A DNA stretch of 64,000 bases from Squalus acanthias (lineage: Eukaryota). Of the stretch, positions 38,606-50,964 are shown piece after piece. The position numbers and the translations under genes are program-made. The notes under the pieces were generated by a model that saw only the letters and a program-made list of their open reading frames with translations, was not told the origin of the DNA and made no database searches. Numbering within the stretch: position 1 is the first letter of the stretch; every line of letters begins with the position of its first letter. Location of the stretch: contig JASTWF010000034.1 in NCBI GenBank assembly GCA_030390025.1, forward strand, positions 1,736,001 to 1,800,000, in the 5' to 3' direction.

Positions 38606-38870
38606 CCGAAGACAGCCATTCATCACAATTTTTTGTTTTCTGTCCCTGATCCAATTTGTATCCATGCTGCCTCTGCCCCTTTTATCCCATGGGCTTTAAT
38701 TTGCTAACAAGCATAATATGTGTAACTTTATCAAACGCCTTTTGAACGTCCGGATAAAGAACATCATCTGCACAGCCCTCATCAATCCTGTTACCCCATC
38801 AAAACTCTCAATCAGTTTAGTCAAACACGATTTGCCTTCAACAAATCTGGGCTGGCTCTCCCTGATAACA
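38580..38870 (-). mobile_element. Parent CR1 RT fragment contiguous with the first satellite unit
   Basis: The minus strand shows GFVEGKSCLT, KAFDKV and WIRDRKQKIVMNGC-like segments running directly into [13 protein letters not shown]. Confidence 0.85.
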
Positions 38871-38994
38871 AATACACAGTGGAATAAAGATCCAGTGAAT
38901 GGGTAAATTGGGCTTGATCAGCAAGACACAGGGCAATAAATTTATCATTAATTGTTAACTTGAACATGACAACCAGCACAGAGGGGAATAGAGC

Positions 38995-39900
38995 GAGAGA
39001 TTTCTCATCTACTCGTTGCCCCTTGGTGACATCATCCCAAAACACAGTGTCAGTTTCCACATGTACGTTGACGACACCCAGCTCTAACTCACTACCTCTT
39101 CTCTCGACCCCTTCACAGTGTCTCAATTGTCAGACTGCTTGTCCGAGATACAGTTCTGAATGAGCTAAAAGTTTCTCAAATTATATATTGGGAAGAACGA
39201 AGCCATTGATTTCGGTCCCTGCCTCCAACACCGTTCCGTAGCCACAGATTCAATCCCTCTCCCTAACATCTGACTGAGGCTGAACCACACTGTTCACAAC
39301 ATTGTTTTAATATTTGACCCTGAAGTGAGCCTCCGACCACATATCCGCAGCATAACAAAGGCCGCCTACTTCCACCTCCGTAACATCGCCCGTCTCCGCC
39401 CTTGCCTCTTCTTATCCTCTGCTGAAACCCTCATCCATGCCTTTGTTACTTCTAGACTTGACTATTCCAACGCACTCCTGGCTGGCCTCCCACATTCCAC
39501 CCTATGTAAACTTGAGGTCATCCAAAACTCGGCTGCCCCTGCCCTAACTCGTACCAAGTCCCGTTCACCCATCTCCCCTGTGCTCGCTGACCGACACTGG
39601 CTCCCGGTTAAGCAGCACCTCGATTTCAAAATTCTCATCTTTGCTTTCAAATCCCTCCACGGCCTCGCCCCTTCCTATCTCTAATCTCCTTTAGCCCCAC
39701 AGCCACTCCCCAGCCCCGCCCCTCTATTTCCTCCTTAAACACGCTCCTCAAAACCTAACTCTTTGACCAAGCTTTTGGTCACATGCCCTATTTTATCCTT
39801 ATGTGGAACGGAGCCAATTTTGTGTCTTAAACTCCTGAGCAGCGCCTTGGGACATTTTACTACTTTAAAGCCGCTATATAAATACACGTTGTTGTTGTTG
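38995..39900 (+). mobile_element. L2-clade LINE 3' fragment
   Basis: [13 protein letters not shown] 39325-39684 (YFHLRNIARLRP, HAFVTSRLDYSN). Tail GCTATATAAATACACGTTGTTGTTG. Confidence 0.92.
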
Positions 39901-40137
39901 AGGTGGTTTTAAAATGGAAGTAGTAACCAATACACCGAGGAACAAAGGCACTGTTGATTGATAAATTGGACATGAAAACTAATAAACAGATTGCAGCGCA
40001 AGTCCTACTCCTGGTCTTATTTATTATTTTATTCAGGACGTTGCAGTGATTTGTAAAAATTGATATATTAAGCATAGAGGGGAAACGAGCTACAGTGATT
40101 TAAATTTGACATGGTAAATAATGCACAAGTGCATAAA

Positions 40138-42040
40138 GTTAGTTAATTGTTAAATTGGGTATGATAACCAATACACAGAGTAAAACTGTTATTTAATTGT
40201 TAAATTGGGTATGATAACCAATACACAGGGTAAAACTGTCACAGTTAATTGTTAAATTGGATATGATAATAAATACACAGAGTAAAACTGTTATTTAATT
40301 GTTAAATTGGGTATGATAACCAATACACAGGGTAAAACTGTCAGTTAATTGTTAAATTGGATATGATAACCAATACACAGGGTAAAACTGTCAGCTATTT
40401 GTTAAATTTGGTATGATAACCAATACACAGGGTAAAACTGTCAGTTAATTGTTAAATTGGGTATGATAACAAATACACAGGGTAAAACTGTCACAGTTAA
40501 TTGTTAAACTGGGTATGATAATCAATACACTGGGCAACATTGTCAGTTAATTGGCAAATTGGGTATGATAACCAATACACAGGGTAAAACTGTCACAGTT
40601 AATTGTTAAATTGGGTATGATAACAAATACACGGAGTAAAACTGTTATTTAATTGTTAAATTGGGTATGATAACCAATACACAGGGTAAAACTGTCACAG
40701 TTAATTGTTAAATTGGATATGATAACAAATACACAGAGTAAAACTGTTATTTAATTGTTAAATTGGGTATGATAACCAATACACAGGGTAAAACTGTCAG
40801 TTAATTGTTAAATTGGATATGATAACCAATACACAGGGTAAAACTGTCAGCTATTTGTTAAATTGGGTATGATAACCAATACACAGGGTAAAACTGTCAG
40901 TTAATTGTTAAATTGGGTATGATAACAAATACACAGGGTAAAACTGTCAGTTAATTGTTAAATTGGGTATGATAACCAATACACAGGGTAAAACTGTCAG
41001 TTAATTGTTAAATTGGGTATGATAACCAATACACAGGGTAAAACTGTCACAGTTAATTGTTAAATTGGGTATGATAACCAATACACAGGGTGAAACTGTC
41101 ACAGTTAATTGTTAAATTGTGTATGATAACCAATACACAGGGTAGAACTGTCACAGTTAATTGTTAAATTGTGTATGATAACCAATACACAGGGTAGAAC
41201 TGTCACAGTTAATTGTTAAATTGGATATGATAACTAATACACAGGGTAAAACTGTCAGTTAATTGTTAAATTGGGTCTGATAACCAATACACAGGGTGAA
41301 ACTGTCACAGTTAATTGTTAAATTGTGTATGATAACCAATACACAGGGTAAAACTGTCACAGTTAATTGTTAAATTGTGTATGATAACCAATACACAGGG
41401 TAAAACTGTCAGTTAATTGTTAAATTGGGTATGATAACCAATACACAGGGTAGAAACTGTCACAGTTAATTGTTAAATTGGTTATGATAACCAATACACA
41501 GGGTAAAACTGTCACAGTTAATTGTTAAATTGGGTATGATAACCAATACACAGGGTGAAACTGTCACAGTTAATTGTTAAATTGGGTATGATAACCAATA
41601 CACAGGGTAAAACTGTCACAGTTAATTGTTAAATTGTGTATGATAACCAATACACAGGTTGAAACAGTTAGTTAATTGTTACATTGGGTATGATAACCAA
41701 TACACAGAGTAAAACAGTTATTTAATTGTTAAATTGGGTATGATAACCAATACACAGGGTATAATTGTCACAGTTAATTGTTAAATTGGGTATGATAACC
41801 AATACACATGGTAAAACTGTCACAGTTAATTGTTAAATTGGGTATGATAACCAATACACATGCTAAAACTGTCACAGTAAATTGTTAAATTGGGTATGAT
41901 AACCAATACACATGCTAAAACTGTCACAGTAAATTGTTAAGTTGGGTATGATAACCAATTAACAGTGTAAAACTGCCGCAGTTAATTGTTCATTGGGTAT
42001 GATCACCAATAAACAAGCGAGTAAAGTTAATTCTTAAATT
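40138..42040 (+). repeat. 50/52-bp AT-rich satellite, ~37 units
   Basis: Unit GTTAATTGTTAAATTGGGTATGATAACCAATACACAGGGTAAAACTGTCA(CA). Confidence 0.97.
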
Positions 42041-42051
42041 GGAAATAAGCA

Positions 42052-42325
42052 AAACACAACAACAACTTATATTTATATAGCGCCTTTAACGTAGTAAAAC
42101 GTCCCAAGGCGCTTCACAGGAGTGCTATCAAACAACATTTGACATCGAACCACATAAGGAGATATTTGGGCAGATAGCCAAAAGCTTGGTCAAAGAGGTA
42201 ATTTTTAAGGAGCGTCTTGATGGAGGAGAGAAAGGCAGAGAGGTTTACGGACAGAATTCCAGAGCTTAGGGCCCAGGCAGCTGAAGGCATGGCCACCAAT
42301 GGTGGAGCGATTAAAATCAGGGATA
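42052..42325 (-). mobile_element. L2-type 3' end
   Basis: ACAACAACAACTTATATTTATATAGCGCCTTTAACG, homologous to 15113-15400. Confidence 0.85.
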
Positions 42326-42577
42326 CATTGAGAGGGATATTGAGAGAGACATTGACTGAAACATAGAGCGAGACATTGGGAGGGTCATTGAGTGGGCCAT
42401 AGAGAGAGTCAGACAGACACAAAGAGAGAAATAGAAACAAAGAGAGTGGGCAGATTGAGAGATAGAAATAGAGAGACAGAAAGTCAGGGGGAGAGCAACA
42501 GACAGCCAGAGAGAGACAGACAGGCTGAGAGAGGCAGAGGGAAGAGAAAGACAGGGATAGATATTGAGAGTTAGAAA

Positions 42578-44050
42578 ATAGGAACATATGAAATAGGAGC
42601 AGGAGTAGACCATTTTCCCATCTATCCTGCTCCGCTACTCAATAAGGTCATGGCTGATCTTCTACCTCAACTCCACTTTCCTGAACTATCCCCATTGTCC
42701 TTGATTCCCTTAATATTCAAAAATCTTTCAATCTCTGTTTTGAATATACTCAACGACTGAGCATCCACAGCCCTCTGGGGTAGAGAATTGCAAAGATTCA
42801 CCACCATCCGAGTGAAGAATTTTGTCCTCATCTCGGACCTAACTGGCCGACGTCTTTTGCTGTGACTGTGACCCCTTGTTCTAGACTCCCGAGCGAGGGG
42901 AAACATCCTCACTGCATCTACCCTGTTAAGCCCTCTAAGAATTTTATATATTTCCATGAGATTACCTCTCATTCTTCTAAATTCTAGAGAACATAGGCCT
43001 AGTCTACTCAATCTGTTCTCATAGGACAATCCCCCCATCCCAGGAACCAGTCTGGTGAACCTTCGTTGCACTCCCTCTTTGGCAATTATATCCTTCCTTA
43101 GGTAAGGAGATCAAAACTGTACACAGTACTCCTGGTGTGGTCTCACCAGGGCCTTATATAATTGTAGTAAGACGTCTTTACTCTTATGCTCAAATCCTCT
43201 TGTAATAAAGGCCAACACACCATTTGCTTTCCTAATTATTTGCTGTACCTGCATGTTACCTTTCAGTGATTCATGTACAAGGACACCCAGGTCCCTCTGA
43301 ACACCAACATTTCCCAATCTCTCAACATTTAAAAAATACCTTGCTTTACTATTTTTCCTAACTGCACATTTCTCCACATTATATTCCATTTGCCATGTTC
43401 TTGCCCATTCACTTCGCCTGTCTATATCCCCTCGAAGCCTCCTTGCATCCTCCACACAACTTACATTCCCAGCCAGCTTTGTATCATCAGCCAACTTGGA
43501 TATATTGCATTTGGTCCCCTCATCCAAATCATTGATATATATCGTAAATAGCTGTGGCCCAAACACTGATTCTTGCGGTATCCCACTAGTTACAGCCTGC
43601 CAAACCGAAAATGACTCGTTTATTGCTATTCTCTGTTTTCTGTCCGTTAACCAATCCTCAACCCATGCTAGAATATTACCCCCAATCCCATTTTGTTTAA
43701 TAACCTCTTGTGCGGCCCCTTATTGAATGTCTTCTGAAAATCCAAATCCACCACATCTACTGTCGCCCCCTTATCTGTTCTGCTAGTTACAACCTCAAAA
43801 AACAAATTTGTCAAACACGATTTCCCTTTCATAAATCCGTGTTGACTCTGCCCAATCCCATTTTAATTTTCTAAGTGCCCTGTTACTACGTCCTTAATAT
43901 ATTTTAGCATTTTCCCTACTACTGATGTCAGGAAAAGAGGTCTGTAGTTCCCCGTTTTATCTCTCCCTCCTTTCTTAAATATTGGGGTTACATTTGCTAC
44001 ATTCCAATCCGCGGGAAAGGTTCTAAAATCTATGCAATTTATGGAATTTC
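42578..44050 (-). mobile_element. 5'-truncated degraded CR1
   Basis: ORFs 42667-43071 and 43111-43566 are RT C-terminal parts (LADD, LVRPH). Confidence 0.93.
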
Positions 44051-44064
44051 ATCTGCCATCTATT

Positions 44065-45740
44065 TTGTTCTTTTTTATTCATTCATGGGCTGTGGTCATC
44101 GCTGGCAACCTTGCATTTATTGCCCATCCCTAGTTGCACTTGAGAAGGTGATGGTGAACCGCTGCAGTCGGTGATGGAAAGGCGCTCCCACAGTGCTGTT
44201 ATGGAGTGAGTTGCAGGATTTTGACCCAGCGACAATGAAGGAATGGTGATATACTTCCAAGTCAGGATGGTGTGTGACTTGGTGGAGAAGTTACAGGTGA
44301 TGGTGCTCCCATGCTCCTGCTGCCCTTGTCCTTCTAGGTGGTAGAGGCTGCATGTTGGGGAGGTACTGGCGAAGAAACCTTGGTAAGTTGCTGCAGTGCA
44401 TCTTGTAGATGGTACAAACTGCAGCCACGGTGCGCCGGTGGTGGAGGGAGTGAATGTTTAAGAACATAACATAAGAAATAGGAGCAGGAGCAGGCCTCCT
44501 TTGTTCCAAGGAAAACTATCCCAGCTTATCCCAGTTAATATTGGGGTAGTTCAAAACTCCTACTACTACTGCCCTATAGTTTTTGCACTTCTCAGAAATG
44601 TGTCGACATATTTGCACTTCTATCTCCCTCTCACTGTTTGGGGGTCGAGAGTACACTCCCAGCAGTGTGGTCGCCCCTTTTTTGTTTTTCCATTCGAGCC
44701 ATATGGACTCGTTTGATGATCGCTCCAACATATCATCACTCCTCACAGCTGTAATAGTTTCTTTAATCAATACCGCGACCCCCTCCCTTTTTACCACCCT
44801 CTCTACCCCTTTATGGTGATGGATGGGTACCAATCAAGTGGACTGCTTTGTCCTGGATGATGTCGAGCTTCTTGAGTGTGTATGGAGCTGCACTCATCCA
44901 GACAAGTGGAGAGTATTCCATCACACTCCTGACTTGTGCCTTGTAGATGGTGGAAAGGATTTGGGGAGTCAGGAGGTGAGACACTCGCCGCAGAATTCTC
45001 AGCCTTGACCTGCTCTGTTAGACACAGTATTTATGTGGCTGGTCCAGCTAAGGTTCTGGTCAATGGAAACCCCCAGGATACTGATGGTGACGGATTTGGC
45101 GATGGTAATTCCATTGAATGTTAAGGGGATGTGGCTCTTGTTGGAGATTGTCATTGCCTGGCACTTGTTTCGTGTGATTATTACTTGCCACTTATCAACC
45201 CAAGGCTGAATGTCATCCAGGTCTTGCTGCATGAGGGCATGGACTGCTTCATTATCTGAGGAGTTGTGAATAGAATTGAATACTGAGCAATCATCAGCGA
45301 ACATCCCCACTTCTGACCATAGGATGGAGGGAAGATCATTGATGAAATAGCTGAAGGTGGTTGGGCCGAGGACACTTCCCTGATGTACTGCTGCAGCGAT
45401 GTCCTGGGGCTGTGATGATTGACCTCCAAAAACCACAACCATCTTCCTTTGTGCCGGGTATGACTTGAGACAGTGGAGAGTTTTCCCCCTGCTTCCCATT
45501 GACACAATTTTACTCGGGCTCCTTGATGCCGCACTCAATCCAATGCTGCCTTGATGTCAAGGGAAGTCACTCTCTCCTCACCTCTGGAATTCAGCTCCTT
45601 TGTCCATGTTTGGACCAAGTCTGTAATGAGGTCTGGAGCCGAGTGGTCCTGGCGGAACTCAAACTGGGCATCGGTGAGAAGATTATTAGTGAGTAAGTGT
45701 CACATAAAAGCACTTTCGACGGCACATTTCATCACTTTGC
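44065..45740 (-). mobile_element. Non-LTR retrotransposon (RT) interrupted at 44461-44812 by a CR1 piece
   Basis: QGSVLGP and MFADDC in ORF 44999-45538. 3' end homologous to 12091-12620. Confidence 0.88.
44461..44812 (-). mobile_element. CR1 remnant with its 3' tail fused to the endonuclease region
   Basis: AGAACATAAC..AATAGGAGCAGGAG tail followed by GVAVLIKE, GVYSRPPNS and NYPNINW. Confidence 0.75.
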
Positions 45741-45744
45741 TCAT

Positions 45745-46420
45745 TTCACCAGTCTGTCTATGTCCTCCTGAAGCCTACTACTATCCCGCTCTGTGTGTAT
45801 ATAAAAGGCTATATCATTAATATATATCAAAAAGAGCAGTGGTCCGAATAACGACCCCTGGGGGTTACCACTGTACACTTCCCTCCAGTCTGAACAACAA
45901 CCGTTCACCACTACTCCCGGTTTTCTGTCCCTTAGCCAATGTCAGATCCCCACTGCCACTGTCCCTTTGGTCCTATCAAGTCTATTCAATTGTACTTCAT
46001 CAAATGCATTTTGAATGTCCATATACACAACATCAACCGCACTACCCTCATCAACCAGTTCCGTTACTTCATCAAAGAACAAAAAACAAAGTTTGTCAGA
46101 CACACTTTGCCGTTAACATATCCGTGCTGGTTGTCATTTATTAATCCATGTTTTTTCCAAAGACATAAACTTTTCTCTGTGAATATGGCCTCTAGAGTTT
46201 TCCCCACCACTGACGTTCGGCTGACTGGCCTGCAGTTACAGGGATAATCCCTCTCTCCTTTTTTAAACAGTGTGTAACATTTTCAACACTCCTGTCCTAT
46301 GGCACCATTCCCATATCCGAGGAGGATTAAAATATTCTGGCCAGAGCCTGCGCTATTTCCACCATTCCTTCCCTCAGCAATCCTCATACTTCCCATCCGG
46401 ACCAGGTAAATGTTCTACTT
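45745..46420 (-). mobile_element. Old CR1 RT fragment
   Basis: Reverse complement of GNPQGSLFGP, VSLTSVVGK and PGPDG-like segments. Confidence 0.75.
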
Positions 46421-46725
46421 TACTGTGGTATAAAAAGTGTTGGATTGAAAGGGGTTAACTGAAGATGTTTGTTCAGTGACTGTAATTAATGTCAGTCTCC
46501 ACGGGTAACTGAAGTTGTTTGTTTAGTGACTGAAATTAATGTCAGTCTATATGGACTCTAATTGTATCAGTGCAGGGTTTCCCTCTTCTATTAATAAGGG
46601 ACTCCTTTCAATGTGTTATCCATAGTGTCAGTGAGAGCATCACCTCCGGCACTAACAGGGATCAGCGCGCTGCTCCACAGAGAGGGAGTCGGAATCTGAG
46701 AACAGTAGATTGGAATGTTACAACA

Positions 46726-46906
46726 ATGGATCAGAATCTGAGAACAGTAGATTGGAATGTTGCAACAATGGGCAGGAGTTTCAGCTCGGATATTGACCAT
46801 CTTTCAGAATATTATGATAGAATGTCATTAGACAGGCGGATACAGTTGGCACTTTGGATTATCCAATACATTTACTATCCCCTCCTTGCTGCTGTTGGTG
46901 TTCCTG
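46726..46906 (+). CDS. First coding exon (N-terminus and start of TM1) of a GPR139-like class A GPCR; downstream exon not found in window
   Basis: MDQNLRTVDWNVATMGRSF...IQLALWIIQYIYYPLLAAVGVP followed by a phase-1 donor G|GTAAGT at 46907. YYPxLAxxGVP|(V)N is recalled as typical of the GPR139/GPR142-like family. AT-rich TATA-like sequence near 46589. Confidence 0.78.
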
Positions 46907-47159
46907 GTAAGTCTCTCTATCCAGCTATTCTGTTAACCATGTTTTACTGTATTACTGTTCGTGTCATTTACTCTCCCCTCCTTGCTGCGGTTGTTGTTCT
47001 GGTAAGTCTCTCTGTCCAGCTGTTAACCCTGCAAACCTTTGCTAACTGTATTACTATTCTTCATTCTTTGCTGCTGTTGGTGTCCTTGGTAAGTCTCTCT
47101 ATATCCAGAAATTAGATCTGTAAACCACGTTTCACTGTATTACTGTTTGTCATTTAAAT

Positions 47160-47645
47160 CTTGGGAAGAGCGAAGCCATTGTCTTCATTCCTCGTCACAA
47201 ACTCCATTCTCTATCTACCGATTCAGTCCCCCTACCTGGTCAATGTCTGAGGCTGAACCAGGCTGTTTGCAACCTCTGCGATCTGTTTGTCTCTGAGCTG
47301 AGTTCTGAACTCATATCTTCTGAATCACCATTCCTGCCGACTGCCACCCCCAAAATTTCACCCATCTCCGCTCCACCTGAGCCCTTCCGCTGCATAAACC
47401 CTCATCCGTACCTTTGTTAAATCCAGTCTCGAATATTCCAATGCTCCCCCGGCCGGTCTCCCAATAACAAGCCTCCGTAAACGAGAGCTCATCCAAAACT
47501 CTGCTGCCCCTATCCTAACACACATCATGTCCCGTTCACCCATCACCCCTGTGATCACTGACCAACATTGGCTGCCGATCCGGCAACAACTCGGTTTAAA
47601 TATTCTCCTCCTCATGTTCAAATCCCACCATGGCCTCACCCCTGA
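47160..47645 (+). mobile_element. Degraded L2 fragment
   Basis: Homologous to 39190-39670 (LIRTFVKSSLEYSNA, LIQNSAA). Confidence 0.85.
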
Positions 47646-47649
47646 AATT

Positions 47650-48186
47650 AGTCCCATTCCCTTGCTCTTTTCCCATAGTCCTGCAAATTGATCCCCTTCA
47701 GGTATTTATCCAATTTCCCTTTTAAAGTTAACTACTTTCCCTCTGTACCTCTCCCTGTCTTTCAGTCTCTATTTTTATTTCTCTCTCTCCCCCTCTTCTC
47801 TCTCTCTCTGTCTCTTGCTCATAGAATCATAGAACGGTACATCAGAGACGGAGGGCATTCGGCCCATCGTGTCCATGCCATCTCTTTGAAAGAGTTATCA
47901 ATTCAGTCAAACTCTTTAATCAGAGCCCCATAGAACATTCCCCTCATCTAATTACCCCATTTCCTTTCGAAATTTACTATTGAATCTGCTTCCACCACGT
48001 TCTCAGTCACTGCATTCTAGATCTCATCTCACTGTGTAAAGAAAATTCTCATCTCTCCTCTGGTTCTTTTGACAATTACTTTAAATTTGTTTCCTCTGGT
48101 TACCCACCATACTGCCTCTGGAAACCGACTTACTTACTCTTTCAAAACCCATTACAATCTGGAATATCTACACTAAATCTCCCCTA
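47650..48186 (-). mobile_element. CR1 3'-end fragments
   Basis: CATAGAATCATAGAA tail at 47820, GGCATTCGGCCCATCG stem and FFTQ-like reverse sequence. Confidence 0.7.
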
Positions 48187-50962
48187 ATGGAAAAGGACAA
48201 AGAAAGTCCAGGTTTAAAAGTTTTCAATTGGGGAAAGGCCAAATTTACTGAGCTGAGATGTGATTTAGGAAAAATGGACTGCAAACAGCTTCTTAATTGG
48301 AAATCAGTGCAGAGCCGTGGGAAGCATGCAACGAGGAGATAGTGAGGGCTCAGAGCAAATATATTCCCAAAAAGATAAAGGAAGAGACTTCCAAATCTAG
48401 AGTTCCCTGGATGTCAAGGGGAATACAGGGTAGGATAAGGGAACAAAAAGGGAAGATTTTGTCAGATACCGAGAGCTCAATACTACAGAAAGCCTAGAGG
48501 GGTATAGAAAGTGCAGGGGTGAAATTAAAAATTAAATTAGGAAAGCAAAGAGATGGCATGAAAAAATATTGGCACGTAAAATCAAGGAAAACCCAAATAT
48601 ATTTTATGCATACATCAAGAGCAAGAGGATAACTAAGGAAAGAGTTTGGCCTATTACAGACCAAAAAGTTAACCTGTGTGTAGAGGCGGAAGACGTGGAT
48701 ATGGTTCTCAATAAATACTTTGGGTCTGTCTTCACAGAAGAGTGAGACGATGCAGACATTGTAGTTAAGGAGGAGTTGTGTGGAATATTAGATGAGACAA
48801 AGATAGTGAGAGAAGAAACATTAAGGGGTTCAGCATCTTTGAAAGTAGATAAATCACGAGGCTCGGATGAAATGTATCTCAGTCTTTTAAGGGAGGAAAT
48901 AGCGGAGGCTCAGACCATCATTTTCCAATCCTCTCTGGCTACAGGCGTGTTGCCAGAGGACTGGAGGACTGCTAACGTTGTACCATTGCTTAAAAAAGGG
49001 AGAAAGGGATAGACCGAGTCATTACTGGGCAGTTAGTCTAACCTTGGTGGTGGAAAAAATATAGGAAAATTCTGAGGGGCAGTATAAATCGGCATTTAGA
49101 AAGGCACAGGTTAATCAAGGACAGTCAGCATGGTTATGTTAAGAAAGTTCGTGTCTGACTAAATGGATTGAATTTTTTGAGGAGGTAATGAGGAGGGTCG
49201 ATGAGGGGAGTGCATTTGATGTAGTCCACGTAGATATTAGTAAGGCCTTTGACAAGGTCCCACATGACAGGTTGGTCATTAGATCCAAGGGAAAGTGGCA
49301 AGTTGGATCCAAAATTGGATCAGTGGCAGGAAGCAAATGTCGTAATGGTCAACGGGTGTTCTTTGTGACTGGAAGGTTGTTTCCAGTGGGGTTCCACAGG
49401 GCTCAGTACTAGGTCCCCTGCTATTTGTGGTACATATCAATGATTTAGACTTCAGTGTTGGGGCCATGATGAAGAAGTTTGCACATGATACAAAAATTGG
49501 CCGTGTGGTTGATAGTGAGGAAGAAAGCTGTAGACTGCAAAAAGATATCAATGGACTGGTCAGGTGGGCATAACAATGGCAAATGGACTTCATTTCGGAG
49601 AAGTGTGAGCTAATGCATTTGTGGCGCGCTAAATAAAAGGAATACACAATAAATGGTAGGATACTGAGAGGTGCAGTGGAACAGAGGGAACTTGGAGTAC
49701 ATTTCCACATATCTCTAAAACTATCAGGAAATGTAGATAGGGTAGTTAAAAAGGCATGTGGGATAAGAACATAAGAACATAAGAAATAGGAGCAGGAGCA
49801 GGAGTAGGCCAATCGTCCCCTCGAGCCTGCTCCGCCATTCAATAAGATCATGGCTGATCTGATCCTAACCTCAATTCTAAAGAACACAAGAATTAGGAGC
49901 AGGACCCGGCCACTCAGCCCCTGGGCCCGCTCCACCACCAACAGGGCCTTGACCGATCCGAACTCAGCCTCATGTTCAATTTCCTGCCCGCTCCCCGTAA
50001 CCCCTAATTCCCTTTACTTCTAGGAAACTGTCTATTTCTGTTTTAAATTTATTTAATGATGTAGCTTCCACAGCTTCCTGAAGCAGTAAATTCCACAGAC
50101 CTACTACCCTCTGAGTGAAGAAGTTTCTCCTCATCTCAGTTTTGAAACAGCAGCCCCTTATTCTAAGATTATGCCCCTAGTTCTAGTTTCACCCATCCTT
50201 GGGAACATCCTTAACGCATCCACCCGATCAAGCCCCTTCACAATCTTATATGTTTCAATAAGATCGCCTCTCATTCTTCTGAACTCCAATGAGTACAGTC
50301 CCAATCTGCTCAACCTCTCCTCATATTTCCACCCTTGTCCACCAATACGTTGCTTTATTAGCTGAAGCATAGGATATAAAAGCAGGGAGTTTATGCTAGA
50401 ACTGTATAAAACACCAATTCGGCCACAGCTGGAATACTGCGTACAATTTTGTTCAAAACATTACAGGAAAGATGCGATTGCATTTGAGACATTATAGAGG
50501 AGATTTACGTGGATGCTGCCAAGACTGGAGAATAGTCTGGGGTTCTTTACATTGGAACAGAGGAGGCTGAGGGGAGATTAAGTTGAGGTGTATAAAATTA
50601 TGAGGGGCCTAGATAGAGTGGTTTGCAAGCACCTATTTCCCCTGACAGAGACGTCAATAACCAAGGGGAATAGATTTAAAGTAATTGGTAGAAGGATTAG
50701 ACGGGAGATGAGGAGAATTTTTTTCACCCAGAGGTCGGTGCGGGTCTGAAACTCAAGGCCTGAAAGGGTTGGTAGAGGCAGAAACCCTCATCATATTTAA
50801 AACGTTCTTGGATATGCACTTGAAGTGCCATAACCTACAGGGCTACGGACCAAGAGCTGGAAAGTGGGATTAAGCTGATAGTTCTATTTCGACCGGCGCA
50901 GACACAATGGGCCAAATGGCCTCCTTCTGTGCCGTAAATTTCTATGATTCTACAATTCTGTG
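48187..50962 (+). mobile_element. Degraded CR1 ORF2 and 3' UTR, interrupted at ~49766-50340
   Basis: [53 protein letters not shown] tail. Confidence 0.93.
49766..50340 (-). mobile_element. Nested 5'-truncated CR1 with a doubled 3' end
   Basis: AGAACATA repeats at the tail, a second tail/stem copy at ~49880, and ORF 50158-50370 (LYSLEFRRMRGDLIE). Confidence 0.88.
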
Positions 50963-50964
50963 AT

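Noticed and set aside
24184..38654. Dozens of ORFs containing the RT motif [10 protein letters not shown] read as reverse-transcriptase genes
   Set aside because: Only one motif is reiterated and other RT motifs such as [YF]ADD are absent. These ORFs arise from the stop-poor satellite.
40138..42040. CRISPR array or iteron-like origin
   Set aside because: A pure tandem satellite without spacers or an associated replication gene.
46570..47115. Single-exon 181-aa multi-pass membrane protein
   Set aside because: The later hydrophobic stretches are duplicated exon-end and intron sequence past a consensus donor. A spliced GPCR first exon explains the region better.
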